From the NCBI GenBank assembly GCA_964234715.1, contig OZ174277.1: DNA of 63,839 nt. One strand, given 5' to 3'. The notes under the pieces were generated by a model. It was not told where the DNA came from and did not search any database. It was given only the letters and a program-made list of their open reading frames with translations. Each line of letters opens with the position of its first letter. Within the stretch, counting starts at the first letter, position 1. This document shows, in pieces, positions 35,346 to 49,860 of this stretch. The DNA comes from Podarcis melisellensis. Its lineage: Eukaryota. The position numbers and the translations under genes are program-made.

Positions 35346-37276
35346 GGATGTATACAATCTTCAGTATCAGAGGCAGAATGTCTCTGGTTGCCTCTGCTTG
35401 ATCAAAAGCTGTTCCACCAGCAGAATGTCAGCTCTGGATTTCACTCTCTGTTTTAGACTTTTGCACTCAAAACAAATTATTCTCTTTTAAGAATGCATTT
35501 TTTCTCCAGTCATATTCAGTATGCATTGCACTAGAAAGACTGTAAATATTTTGTCAGGGTTTGTTACGGCCACATCACTCATTTCCTCTGGGATGCTTAA
35601 GCAAAGAATTGCCAAAGTTTTCAGCGAGCTCAGAAAAGGAAGTCTCAAAATACAAAAGAAATGTGATTAAAAGAGAGAGACTCGACACCACAGAAGGCTT
35701 CACTTTTTTTTATTACCATGTTTTCACTGTCTAGAAACTTTTAAAGAGCATTACAATGTATTTATCACAAGGTGCTATTAGCACACAGCTCGCTTCAAGT
35801 GTTACCAATTCATGGACAGATTAGAGGGCACATTAATAACATAGTTAATATGAAGTGTTTAGAGCCTTTACGTCGGTGACAAATACGACTCAGCCAAATT
35901 TCCTGACCATTGAGGCCACGGAGGAACAATTTGGTAGATTTCATCAACAGTTCTAATTATGTTCCTGTCAAGTTGAGAACAAAGCAATCCATAACTGGGG
36001 GGCTGCTCAGAGACAGTGGCACATAAGAGTAATTTATGCCCGAGACAGAGGGCCCTTTCTGTAGTTAGTGTGAACAACGCTCGACTAACAAGTGGGTTCA
36101 AAACGGAATTTATTAGGGGGAAACAGGAGGCTTCTAGTTCTGTCTGTCTTTTCGCAGGCAGGCTTAGGAAGCATTATGAGGCAAGGACTTCTAGTTAAGT
36201 CTTGTTTATGACAGTGTGTGATGACAGTGTGTGACCCTGTACCTTCGACAATGGTGGAAGCAGGATTCTAGCTGCAAAGCTTCACTTAGAATCTATTTTG
36301 ATGATTCATGCAGTCAGAATCTCCACCAAAGGCAATTTGCAATGACAAATTTGTAGATATTCGTAAATATGGTACAGATACGGAGGTTCATTTATACACA
36401 GACACATAATTGTGTTTGTGTTTGTGCGTATCACCCACACATAAGTCTTTGAAAGCAATGTTACACTGTGTGGGAATTTCAGCAGAAGCAGCACAGAAGC
36501 AGAATACTGTAAAATACCCTTTTACAGCAGGCTATAAATAACATACCAATGAAATACACAAAGGGATGATTAGCAACTGTAAACTAAAATGCTTTGATAA
36601 ACTTTGCACATTTCATAAGACAGCTGAACTAAGGAGGGGAGGGGGAGAAAAAGAAAGGGGGCCCCTCTTGTGTAATTTTGAATCATTTTCCACTGTGATC
36701 TATATTGGGCTGCAGTTTGTGTTCTTTCAAACAGGGTAATTTTATAAATGACATTCTTATTAGATTTTGTAAAAAAGGCAAAGATGCTTCCCTGGTGTGA
36801 GGAAAAGAGTTCTGATTGGAAACATATCATCAAGGTTGGGATTATTTTGTTACTAATACATTGTGGATTAGCATAAAATAATACTCAGTAAATTAAATTC
36901 AGAATAAAACTGAAAATTAAAGAAATGGGAATATTAAGTGAATTAGCTAAAATACACTCAGAATTCAAACACATTACAATTGTTTAATAATAGGCATTGG
37001 TTGCTGATTAGTGAGGTGTGGGTTTTATCAACATCATCATAATTTTTCTGTGTTTATTTCAGAAAGCATTAGAGAGAAATGCTCCTGGCTAGTAATCTTG
37101 CCACCCAGTGGGATCCACTTTCATAAGTGACTAACAGCCTGATACAGCTAAGGAGATCCATGGACATATCAGAGTGGGTCAGAAACTGCAGGTATTAATT
37201 GGATATGGATCCAAATTAGCTGCAGAGTGCAATTCTGAGCATAGATGCTGTCTATCCAACCTTCATTGTGTTAAAA

Positions 37277-37592
37277 CAGGGGTCGGCAACCTAAGGCCCA
37301 TGGGGGTCGTTTAACCAGCCCATGGACCCCTGCCGCCCCCTTGGTCGGCTCCCATGTACCACTCTAAACCGTCGCGGAGCAGAGTGGGGACCGCCTTCTG
37401 CGATGCTGGCCGGGTTCCCATTGGCTTCAGGAAGCTCCTGCAGCCAACGGGAAGCTGTGCACACCTCCTCCACACTGGAAGGAGCTCTGGAAATAGCGTT
37501 TGTGCATACGTGCACGCACACACACTCCGGCCCACTGTGGCATCTGCAGGACGATGAACCAGCCCAAGCCACAAAAGCTTTGCCGACCCCTG
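37277..37592. mobile_element. 316-bp hAT MITE
   Basis: TIRs CAGGGGTCGGCAA / TTGCCGACCCCTG. Perfect 8-bp TSD TGTTAAAA (37269-37276, 37593-37600). Confidence 0.95.
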
Positions 37593-38340
37593 TGTTAAAA
37601 GGTAGTCACAGTCAGATGCATTTCCCTATCCACATAAGTAACTTTTTGATTGTGGCAAAAGACATATTGCCACTATTATGAATATGGGTCAGCTTCCTGT
37701 AACCTACATACGCCTCTACAGCCAAGTTTACCCTGAGTATTCTTTGCAGACATACAAAGCCCAAGCTGTTTAAGGCATGGTTAGTTCTTTTAATGGTGTC
37801 TGAGATGAAGTGCAGAAGATGGAACACTGGTGTAACATGTTCCTGAGAATCCAACACAGAGAAGCTGCCACTTAGTTGGCAAGTGGCTCACACTTTGTGC
37901 TACATCCTATGTTGCTAGATTGACTGATATTTGGTTCTGCACCACTTGCACATTCTAACATAGTCCTAAGTAAGGAGCCATGTGCTAGAATATTCAAGTG
38001 TGCTAGAATAGTGGTCTAGTCTCAAGGTCGTGAAAACACAAATGGCAATAACCATATCTGAATCTCAAAGAAAAGGTCACAATCTTGTCACTCAATGAGA
38101 AGTGAAGACAAACATTCAGCTTTGTTTTCCAGATGTAACAGTGAAGTCAGGAACACACCAAGACAGTGACCTTGTTTGATTGGGTTGGACACCATACATA
38201 GGTGTTCATGCTTCCTCACAAACCATTAAGCTTGCAGACCATTATTAAGCAGTCTTGTACATTTTAAATCTCCATCAGTTCACCTGCATCAAGTACCACA
38301 GTTACACATGGACCAAACAGCAAAACCACACAGTCCAGAC

Positions 38341-38481
38341 CAGGGATGTTCACCTGTGACCTTCCTCTTGTTGCTGGACTACAACTCCCATTATCCTTTA
38401 CTATTAATCATGATGGTGGAGGCTGATGAGAGTCGGAAAAAAACAGGTTAATCCCTGGAGGGACACAGGTTGCCACCCTTT
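38341..38481. mobile_element. Degenerate palindromic hAT MITE
   Basis: cagggatg..cacctgtg...ggactacaactcccatt...ggagggacacaggttg. Imperfect 8-bp TSD gtccagac / atctagac. Confidence 0.7.
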
Positions 38482-38636
38482 ATCTAGACCCTTCACCATT
38501 TGAAATGACCCTGAACCTCACAACTTGCCTACAAATCCAAAAGAAATTGTGACATATTGGTCCTACAATTTCTTCCAGAGGTTAAACACATTTTCTTATA
38601 TCTCTGTCTCATGCTCTAGTCAAATATAATCCAATA

Positions 38637-38844
38637 CAGTGGCACCTCGGGTTAAGAACTTAATTAATCCAGAGGTCCATTCTTAACCTGAGGTACCACT
38701 TTAGCTAATGGAGCCTCCCACTGCCACTGTGCCACCGCTGCACGATTTCTGTTCTCATCCTGAAGCAAAGTTCTTAACCCAAGGTACTATATCTGGGTTA
38801 GCGGAGTCTGTAACCTGAAGCATCTGTGACCCGAGGTACCACTG
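38637..38844. mobile_element. pogo/Tigger-like MITE, copy 3
   Basis: TA|CAGTGGCACCTCGGGTTA ... CCCGAGGTACCACTG|TA. Confidence 0.92.
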
Positions 38845-41800
38845 TATCTACTCACACTTGTTTTTAGCAAGAAAGTGCCAGTTCTAATAAGAAGAAATAA
38901 TATTTGGTACAGTTCTTTTTGAACTGTGCAATTTCTGTTGCTGGATTGCCAGTTAAAACTCCCCTGAATTGAGTTATATCAGGGAGAAGGGTTTTTAGCA
39001 AATCCTACTCCTGGACACAGTAACTTTCAATGTTCAAGGAGGTTTTTTGAAAACATAGGACAGGGGCAAGTGGTCAAATTTTCCATAAGCACTCTGAAAG
39101 CAGGACTGCACCATATTCCTGCTTGTTTGAAATGTCTCCTCATGTAGTAAAGACATGATGATCCCATTAAGCATCTCACATCTGTGATTGAGCACTGGAA
39201 AACTAATTTGGTACTTCATTTGTATGTAGAGCATAAACCGGATACATTTGCAGATTGACTCACCCTATGTTTTATCAAAACAAATCAAACTCTGCTGGAA
39301 AGCACAGTCACAGAGATTAAGTTACTACTCTGAAAAGCATCAGGAATTCACTCCTGCCACTATGCCAATTTCCCTAGATTTTCCTTTACTATTATAAAAC
39401 ATATTGGTATGGATCCAATAATAAACTTACATAAAATATAGATCCCATGAATTGAACTGTTGCTTAGTTTGTGAAGAATACTTCAATATGAGGGTGCTAC
39501 AACACAATCCTATGCATGTTTACTTAGAATTAAGCCCTAGTGAACAGGTACCTTAATTATTGGTAAGTATGAACAAAATTCCATCAATAATGTTATAGTA
39601 TTAAAGTTAAAAATGACAAATTGAAGAAGATTCATGGACACAAGGAAAGGTTCTCATTCAATTATATTTCTAGATACATTTCCATAATATAGGCTTTTAT
39701 GCAATGCAGCAAGAGTCTGTCTGTGCAAGGATCCCATTTGCGCAATGGGACACCCCCCCTCTCCTCTGCTGGTGCATCCCCTAAATCTGTTCTGGGGTTT
39801 CCCAAGCCCCCAGAGCAGATTTGAGGAGGATGCAGAGCATGTGAGGGAAAGGAAAGGTGGAGAAGTTCCACTGCGCAACCAGGAATCCTTGCGCTGACAG
39901 GACACTTATTTACTGCTGTGTTGAATGCAAGCCCATATATCCTTATCCATCCAACTTCATGTAGTTTCTGACATGCTTGCAGGCATCTAGTGCTTATTAC
40001 AAAACTCTCCAGTGTTAATTAAAGCAAATGTACTAGAAATTCTTCTAGTTCTCCTTCTAACTTCCGCCAAAATTTTGAAAGAAAACTTGTTTTAGCTAAT
40101 AAAATCCAGTGAACTAAACCATACATTCTGCCAAATACATAGGTCCTATAACTTAGCAGTTCTTTTTGTTTAAATATTATTTGCTACAACTAGAGAACAT
40201 TTGTTTCCTTTGGAAATGTCACAAATGGTGATAGGCTATAGAAACATTAGCACAAATGGCCATAGGCTATAGACAGTGGATTTTTACTAGTTAAGAATCA
40301 TTGCTGAGCAAGTTTCAATATGGTGGGAACAAAAAGCAAGAATGAAATTAATGTTGTATCTTCACTAGTGGGTTAAAAACTAAAAGCTGTAACTCACTGA
40401 GTTTAACTGCAGACTGCATCTCTTTCATGGATTTTTCCTCCCTCTCTGTTTTTGCTTTCTGAAATCAGAGGAAGGACCCAGCCTAGCAAGTCTGTAATCA
40501 CTCAGCGGGAACCTGGTAGAAGGACAATACAGCCAACAGCTAGGCATTAGGAAAAAGAAGGAAATATCTCCCTCCTTCCCTCTTATGTTGCTTAAAGGGG
40601 CCTGGTGTGAATGAATCTTCCTGGCAGTGACCAACAATTTCTTACCCATTCTGAGCAATCATCAATTTCAGCATCAAGTGGTTCAGTGGATCTACAACTG
40701 GTAGCAGCAGCAGAGTAAGCCCAGCATGGAAACATTTTGGCTAATTTAAAGTCTTTGTGCTGCCGAATCAAACATGACAAGACAACAGCAAAGGAGAGAG
40801 GCTATTATCCCAAAATGAGAGCCAGCGGATGGCTGGGATTAGTCTGAGTGCCTGAGACAAAGGCAATGGAAGAAGGAGGGACAACTGAGAAGGATGATCC
40901 CAGATAAAAAACATATACCAACACACAGAAACCGTTTGAAAACAGTGCACATCTGATAATACAAGATACAGATTGAGAAAAGTTGTACAGACAAGAGAAC
41001 AACATACATTTAAAAGGTATATAGTATAACTGGTTAACCACATACAGAACTGCATTAGGCATGCCTTTGACATAAAAAGAGGCAATGCCAGAGCTGTTGC
41101 ATTCTGCCTGAATACATGTCCTGTTGTCTGATATCTGCCATCCTTCCTCAATGTGGGGTGCTCCAAATGCTGCAACTCCCATCTACAGCTATTTATTGAC
41201 CATGTTAAGGTTGTGGGGGTGTTGAAATGCTGTGAATTAAATGCACAGCAATTTTCAGCAATTGTTCTTTGGTTTTTATGAAATGTATAGATACTGTATC
41301 TGTTTTAGATTTTGGTTTGCTACACTTTGGGGCATTTTTGATGTAAGGAGACTAATAAATGACAGTATAATATCATGTTGACCATTGATCATGCTGCCTA
41401 GGGCTGATGAGAGTTTAATCAGAAATATCTGGTCCAAAATAGCCATCAGATTGGGGAAGCAAGCACTATGTTAGGACAGAATAGCCTTAAACTGGGGTGG
41501 GGTGAGGAACAGTGGGACTGCTCCAGTACGCCCACAGAGCTATCAAACAACCACACCTCAAAGAACTGGTGGGGGAGGCGGGAGGAGAAAGGAAGAAGAA
41601 ATAAAATTTTGGACAGCATTTGAGAAAGCACACTCAGAGTGAAGATATGCCTGAGCCATGAACCCTAGTGGCATCTTCCAGCACATAGAATGATGACCTG
41701 GGATGACTGGAGAGCAAGTGAATTGTCCTTAGCAAGATTAACAATTTAAAACTGCAGAAATTAATTTTGTTTAATAGCTGTGGGTGCACATGTTCCTTAC

Positions 41801-44534
41801 AAAGGTGGTAACAAGGTCAGCAAAGCCTCTGTAGCCATTTAAAATGCAGCTTTTTAATAGGGTCAGTAGATTTAGGATGGCTAAAATGTTAAAAGGACTT
41901 TAGAAAGCATGGAAACACCAAGGGGGTCAAACTTGTCCTTTATTTCATATCTTGGGTTAAGCTGTTTATACTTATTTCATGACATGCAGGCTCTGACAAA
42001 ACAACCCCCTTTTAAGGGGCTAGTCTTGTGATGGTAGGGTGGTGTGAAACTAAGTGAAGGTGAAAGGTTACTAGTGAAAGAAGTAAAAATAAATGAAACA
42101 CATTACCAATCCTTAACTCAGCTATACCCTTCACAGAAACTTATGAAAGAAATAGGCTGAGAAAAAGTGCTAACAAGACACTCCTCATATCCTTTTCATC
42201 ATTTAGAAGTAGTTCATTCATGACTCTCATCCGCCTACATGAAAAAGAGCACTGAGCTATACAAACCACTTAGGTATTGCGAAATTGGTCAGCTCAGCTA
42301 CACACAGAGGTGACCAACTATGCAGATGAGTTTTTTTTTTAAAAAAAAAAAAGCATAGTAATTGGCATAAGGCTAAAATGAAATTCTGCAAAATTTCAAA
42401 ATGCCATAACATCATATTTTAAAAGTTTTCAATTTGGATCCTGATGTCAAAACTTAACCTCAGACGCTGACAATTCCATTGGTTTGATTGTTAAATGAAT
42501 GGAACTGCTACTGAAAAATCTTCAGTTGTCAGATATTTGCAGAACACTCACATATCCAAACTAAAACAAAGCAGGTTAAATGAGCCCCAAATCATTACCA
42601 GCTATTATGGAGATAACCTAGTACAACACACCAGATAAAATAAGTAGGCCTTAATTGCTTTCCTGAAAGAATACAGTATGGGCCAGGTCTCTTATGTCAG
42701 AAAATTCCATTTTAAAAAGGTGCTGTCACAGATAATTACTCCTTCTGGACTGTACCTTCCAAGCAAGGGAGGGCAGAGAAAGGAGGAGGATTCTATCAGC
42801 CAATCTCAAAAGGTAAGAGTTTTCATAAGGGACAAGACACCTTAGTACTTCAAGTAGCCCTAAACATGCAGAGCTTTTTAGGTTATTACCTGTACCTTGA
42901 ACCATGACCAGAAGTACACTGGCAACTGACGCAGACTGGCAAGTACACCTTTAATATTATTTATTTAAACAATTTACATCCCTACCCCCACACTCCACAA
43001 AGGAGCTGTTCAAATCAACTTAGAAATATAAAGGCAATCACAAAATAAATCAGTAATTCAACCACCAAACACAAATTACCAAACTATAAACAGCACATGC
43101 TCATCTGCATCAAACTCTCAAAAGTGGTGTGCTGTGACAAGTCCCAGTCTTCCAGGACAGCCACACATAAATGGTATTATAGTAATCTATTCAGTATTGA
43201 CTACAGTATCAAAATATATTGATCACACACTAAAATTATAAAATATTAGCTGTTATGTGCCATTATTAATTTTCAAATTCAGGAGCCTTTTCCTGACAAG
43301 GAGGCAACCTGCTGGTCATTAGAAGGATTAAATTAATTCAGCTGCAAGCTTGCCTTTTGACACTTACCAGAACTGACATACCAACCATTTTTCTCTACCT
43401 GTCCCACTTGGAGAGAGACAGAACAAAGGAAAATGAGACTTGCAGAAAAATTTAAGACACCACTGCAAGGAATATCATTTCAACTGCCACTGAATACTGC
43501 TCTAAATGATACATGCTATTGTATACCATATTGCTTCCTTCTTTTTCTACTACTTGTAAGTCGGTTTCATATCCTCATGCAGCAGTTCAAGGAAACCTCA
43601 GTTCACAGTTCAGCAAGGCCCTACTTAAAAGGTAAGCCTGATGCAGGTCCTTAGGGCATCTCATCCATCCTGTGCTTGGATGGCACTCATCACCAAGGGA
43701 CCCCATTAAGAAGGAAGGGCAAACTGAAATCCTAACCCAAAGCACTCTGAAACACAGCACCAGTACACTGGCAAATGCACGATGGATGAGATTCCATTTG
43801 TCTTCAAAAGACTGGGAACCAATATATCTGCCTCACTATGAACTCAACTATTTCCCAACCTTGTAGTGTTCTTAAAGTAAAACACACAAGTCAAGCCCAT
43901 CCACCTGGGGATGCAACAGAAGACCAGTGTCATTCAAGATTCCAATTAAACAGATTGTCTAACTCTCTCTGTATTTGTCTAACACTGCAAGAGATCCACT
44001 GTTGTTCTTAAAACAGTTTACTCTGCCAAGGAACAGAGACAGAAACATACAGGGGACTTGCACTTCAAGGGACTATTGCTGGTGTTTTTGTCAAATAAGT
44101 GTATGTGTGTGTGCTGAAAGAGGGGAGATAATGAATAGAAGCCACATGTTCTTCTTAGGTCAATCAAAATATTTATCCTCTTCAATAACTTAACATTTAT
44201 TGGTGCATAGTTTGGTGGCCAGAACTATTTAACCAACTTCTTAACTAACTTATGGACAAAGCCTTCTATATTTTTTCTGAGACTGGACAAAGTCAGTCCA
44301 CACCACATTACATTAAGTCAGAATTTAGCTTAATGAGGTTCATATAAAGTGAAAGCAAAGGACTGAAATATTCCCTGAGTACCACTCATTGCCAGAAAAT
44401 GAGTCTTGTTTATTTATTTATTTATTTCTGATATTCATAACCTGTCTTTTACTCAGCGACTCGAGAGCACAAAATACAAAAAAATAAAAAATCTTTAAAA
44501 ATTTAACATTATTTAGAATAACCAACCAAACATA

Positions 44535-44560
44535 TTAATTAATTAATTAATTAATTAATT
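44535..44560. repeat. (TTAA)n microsatellite
   Basis: About 6 TTAA units. Confidence 0.9.
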
Positions 44561-45760
44561 CACAGTCAGTGCTGCCAATGACATTCAGTTAGGAGCAGGA
44601 TGCAACACAACAACCATAGTCTAGAATGTACTTCACCTATAGCCCAAAATATGGACACAGAGGTACATTTTCAACTGTCTGTGAAATGAAAATAAGGTTA
44701 AAGGACTACACACACTTCAAGCAGAGTGACAGAGTACAGGAAACCTTCGAGAACAGACAGGATAAAGATGTAATAGCGATACAGGCTATTGGAGTCTCTC
44801 ACAGTTTCCTTTCTTCTCCTGAATCAATCCCTTTATACGCGTGCTCACAGTATGCATGGGCTGTGAGGGGAATCGAGATGAAGATGCAAATTTTTGATAC
44901 ATTTATAATTCATAGGACATTTATGTATTGAATATCATTAGAAAAGACACTGGTGTTCTTAAACATCATTATGGATTAACTACATTAACTATTGCAGAGA
45001 TACAGCAAGAGAGGGCTATTACTCTTCAGTGCTTAGAATCTGTCCTAAATAGTTTTCTCAACCAAATAATTGTTGTAACCATTACACATTATATTATCTC
45101 CCTTTCCAAAAGAGGGCACAATCCAGCAAAAATCAATAATTAGGAGCCACTATATGCATTGGCTTTCACAGGGTCTTAAATGAACCACAACTCTCTTACT
45201 TTCAATGCAACATGTAGCACAACCCAATACATACTAAGAAGTAAGCCCCATTATTTTCCATGGGGTTTGCTCTCAGAAAAGTTTACATAAGCTTGAGGTC
45301 TTGGTTATGCCTGTTGGTTTCTGGGCACAATGCAGAAAGTTCGATTACAGGGTCCCACCACCAACCCTCGAAAATCAAGCAACAGAGCAAGAATGAACAG
45401 TTCATCTTCTCAGTTCTAATACACTGTGTCTGGATCAAATAACCATGTTAGCTTTCACAATAGCTTGCTCAGAAATATGAAGCCCACAGTGAAAGCAGAA
45501 CAAGGAACAAGGACAAATTGAATTTAAACTATCACATTTATTTCCATCAGACAAAGATATAAACTATTCAGGAATTAAGTCTGTAACAGCAAAAGTAACT
45601 CCATTATAATTACTGCACATTTGAAGCCCTGTCTCCCCTCACATACCCTAAGAGTGCAGAGATTTTCAGAACTTGATTTTATTAGAGGAAGACTATGTAT
45701 TTTCAGCAGTGTTTTACAAAATATTCCATCAGCAGAAGTGTAAGGCAGGTCGGAGACAGA

Positions 45761-46140
45761 NNNNNNNNNNNNNNNNNNNNNNNNNNNNNNNNNNNNNNNN
45801 NNNNNNNNNNNNNNNNNNNNNNNNNNNNNNNNNNNNNNNNNNNNNNNNNNNNNNNNNNNNNNNNNNNNNNNNNNNNNNNNNNNNNNNNNNNNNNNNNNNN
45901 NNNNNNNNGTCTCTGGTTCATCGCGTCAGAGCAAAGTCAGTCTTACATAATCNNNNNNNNNNNNNNNNNNNNNNNNNNNNNNNNNNNNNNNNNNNNNNNN
46001 NNNNNNNNNNNNNNNNNNNNNNNNNNNNNNNNNNNNNNNNNNNNNNNNNNNNNNNNNNNNNNNNNNNNNNNNNNNNNNNNNNNNNNNNNNNNNNNNNNNN
46101 NNNNNNNNNNNNNNNNNNNNNNNNNNNNNNNNNNNNNNNN
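45761..46140. other. Two assembly gaps (148 N and 188 N) enclosing a 44-nt island (45909-45952)
   Basis: Runs of N. Confidence 1.
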
Positions 46141-46617
46141 TACAGTAATTGGGTACCTGAATTAATGCCATTTCTACTGATGGTGAACAGAATACATTGG
46201 AAATAAGGGTCCCTTTGGCTATATTTCTCTTTTGTCCCGTCCCCCCCATCTGCCCCCCTTCCTTCCAAATGAAGCCTGGCAAAGTATATCCTTTTTATCT
46301 GTGTAGCTTTAATTACAGAACATGAATGCCATCCTAATTTTGTCATTCACATTGTTTGAGTGTATTCTATAGACTCACTTATTATCAAACTTTACAGCTA
46401 TTAATAATTCTTGAAGCCACACAAAAAAGGAGAGTGAGAAAGACCACCAGAGAGCAGAGGAGAAACCCTTTTTCCATGTTCTTCTTTACGTGTACCTCTT
46501 TATGTGTGCATTAGATACTCTCTGCAGTAGAGAACAAGAACTGGAGTAGCCTCAATTAGTGTCCTACTGAAGTGCCAAAGTCTTAATTATATCAAAACAT
46601 AATTCTAACTCACTCTC

Positions 46618-46620
<3 letters not shown>

Positions 46621-46656
<36 letters not shown>
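46621..46656 (+). repeat. (GT)n microsatellite
   Basis: About 18 GT units. Other (CA)n runs at about 34758, 47935 and 57556. Confidence 0.97.
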
Positions 46657-46658
<2 letters not shown>

Positions 46659-47983
46659 CAGCCTAGACACAGGAGAACAAAAATGCTGATATGGACTCCA
46701 GGATGAAAGAGGGACAGTAGAGCAGGAAATGGGCAGGGCAGCCTGAAAAGGAGGGGAGGAGACTTCTTACAGGGTACATTGGTGGGAAAAGACCTAGAAG
46801 GGCAGCTACATGATTCTAAGATATTCCCAACCAGGTGCCTAGTTCAGCATCAGCAGAGGGCCACAATGTAGGAGGCAAGTCAGTGAGACCCCTGACTAAA
46901 AATACTAATGAAACTAATAATAATTGTAAAAAGTCTTGTGCTATCCTAAAATGCTGGCTGCACTAATAGGCCCCAGGAGGAACAAAAAGGGACAGGGAGA
47001 AAGCTATAACTACACGACACAGCAGCAAGGACAAAAGGTGCAGCACCAGGTCAGTGCCAGAGTGTACCATATATCATATTCTCTTATCATATTAAATTGT
47101 TTCCCAATGATACATTAATGGCTTCTAAATAGGGACCTTGTAGGAAGCAGAGCTTCATGGTATAGGACAAAGCCTGACAGATATTACAAATCTATGTTCC
47201 CATTTCCTAGTAGTTTTTGACTCATTAGACTGCTCTGATTGAAATGATTTACATACAGATAATTAACATAAAAACCCCAAGGACTACTTAGCTGTTTAGC
47301 AGTATATGCATTATATACAACCATTTCCATATATCTAGTTTTAAATCCATTAACAAAAATTAATTTCTTCTCAGTGCATTACACTGCACAGCATGTTGCA
47401 ATTGTATGCTTGCTAAATTACACCTTTTCATCACTTCTCAAATGATCTTACAAACAGTTAAACTTTGTTGTTCTGAAAATGGGAACCACTAGTTTTGGGC
47501 AATGGATATGTATTAGGCTCAATCCTAAGTATGTGCATTATAAGCCTGTGGATAAACTCCACTCTTCCTTATAGTGAACTTAGATGGCAAGTGCCAACAG
47601 AATATAGCCAAAATTGGGCCACTGAGAAACAAGAGGGAGATACAGTATTGTCATTGTCAGTTAGCCCAAAGGTTGAATAAGTATACATATAAAAAATAAA
47701 AATCCAAAAATTAAAGTTTTTTAGGGCAGTCTCTCAATGAACACTGAGTATGCTCAGGAGCCATAAAATGTTGAGAAACAGTTGTAAAGAGAAAACCTGA
47801 ATGGGGAGGGGAAGGGCTGGAATGCCCTGCTTGGAGGAGAAAGCTAGCTGGAACCCTGAACAGGATCATTCTATTGAAGATGGAGGATACACTGCAACAT
47901 TTTGTTGCAGGTCCAATTTGTAACTTTAAAATAGACACACACACACACACACACACAAAATCAACCCCACTGAAAAAGGCATA

Positions 47984-48203
47984 CAGTGGTACCTCGGTTT
48001 TGGAACTTAATTCGTTCCAGAGGTCCACTCTTAACCTGAAACTGTTCTTAACCTGAGGTACCACATTAGCTAATGGGGCCTCCAGCTGCTGCCACGGTGC
48101 CACGATTTCTGTTCTAATCCTGAAGCAAAGTTCTTAACCTGGGGTACTATTTCTGGGTTAGCGGAGTCTGTAACTTGAAACGTCTGTAACCTGAGGTACC
48201 ACT
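47984..48203. mobile_element. pogo/Tigger-like MITE, copy 4
   Basis: TA|CAGTGGTACCTCGG ... AACCTGAGGTACCACT; right terminus degenerate. Confidence 0.9.
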
Positions 48204-49709
48204 AATATACCAGTGATTCCAATACTGAATCTAGCACTCTCCTCATGGCTTTTGCTGGCTGCATTTATTAAAAGCACTGCATGTAAATTTGTTCAATTAA
48301 GAGCTAATTCACCACCTTTTTCTAAAGCACAATTATTCTTTTTAAGTTGCAATTACCTCGGGATGAGGAAGGATATGGTTTCAAGACATCTTCATGTTAT
48401 GCAGGCATAACAAATAGCCTCTTGTAGCCACAGTTAAGAAGTTGTGAGGGTGGCACAAGCTGCGCCTCCCTAGCCCATCTTCCCCCCCCCCCGCGGAGTA
48501 AATTATCTGCACCCATCTTAATTGCACTTAAGGATTATGTCAGGACCTATGTCAACCACGACTGAGATTAACTAGAGCCCTCTTTAAGAGTTCAGGAACT
48601 GGGGAAAGCAACACATGGGGGGCACTAGGAAGAAGCCCATTTACTCAACTGCCCCATTCTCTCTTCACAAGTTGGTGGGCAACTGGCTAAAGCAGGGAGC
48701 CTGCTTCTCTTCTTGTAAGAGCTTTGCATTATGAAAAATGCACCACACAGAAGCCGCATAAATACTGTGCAGGAAGTTTCCTTGCCTCAAACTGACACTC
48801 TAATTCGCAGAGGGCAATTGTGGGTCCCCTGGTAGGTTGCTTTTCTCAGTTCCTGAATGCCCAAATAAGGCTAATATTTCAGGCAGAGGATGTTCCCATC
48901 ACCACCTGGAGATGCTGGGGATTGAGTCTGGGACCATGAGTTGTGGTCCTTCCCCACAGTTACTAGCGATGCTGACAAGTCCCTAACCACGGTTAATGCA
49001 AGGAGAGTTTGCTCTGGGAAAGTACTGGGGAACAGGACAGGCATATCTTAATCCTTCTCAGACCAAGGAGAAGGAACAGCTGCCTCCGCTTAACTTGCTC
49101 TTTCTTTCTGAATAGCTGTGCAGATCAAATCCAAAGGGGGAGGGGAGGGAAATGAACGGCAGTGGCAACAGCAGTGAGAAGGACATGGCCTGAGTCAGGA
49201 AAGGGGTCCACTGAGGAGGACATCTTGTCCAAGGGCCTCACAAAATCTGGAGCCAACCCAGTAGGAAAAAAAGAGAACATAGCTAAGGTATAAAGTGTAT
49301 GCTTTGCACACTTAAAGTCTAGGTTTGATGCTTGGCATCTCCAGTTAAACAAATTGGGTATGCAGGAGATAGGAAAGCCCTCTGCCAGAAAGCCACTGAG
49401 ACCTACTCAGGGTAGACAGTTCTGGCTTAGATGGACAAATACGCAGGATTTGGGTCAGGGACTGTGGCTACATTAACCATTGCTTTAAAATCTACAGGAG
49501 ATTCAGTCACAGATTCCTTAGTATCATTAGGTCTTCAAACACTAGTTAATCAAGTGGGATTTTAATATAAGTATCTATTTTGCGACACAAAATGATCTAC
49601 ATAAAGCACTTTATGAAGTCTGCCTGCAAAGCAGCATATCTTAAACAATGTCTAAAACACATATCTTAAATAAATATACAAACAAGAATTGCACATGGTG
49701 AACTGCATG

Positions 49710-49860
49710 CATAGAATCGTAGAGTTGTAGGATTGGAAGGGTACCCTGGGGGTCATCTAGTCCAACCCCCTGCAATGGAGGAATCCTTCCCAGAGCCATC
49801 CCTGGATGGGCTCGAACCACCAACCTAGTTAACAGCCAGATTCATGGACCCATTGCACCA
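49710..49860 (-). mobile_element. tRNA-head/CR1-tail SINE (Squam2-like)
   Basis: catagaatcgtagagttg...ggtcatctagtccaaccccctgc is the reverse complement of a CR1-type tail. ctcgaaccacc is a reverse B-box. Confidence 0.75.

Noticed and set aside
40220-40273. 31-bp-period duplication CACAAATGG..ATAGGCTATAGA
   Set aside because: Ordinary small tandem duplication with no further structure.
40640-40700. Minus-strand mini-exon (…STEPLDAEIDDCSEW|GTAAG)
   Set aside because: Splice-like words occur by chance; no recognisable protein or partner exon.
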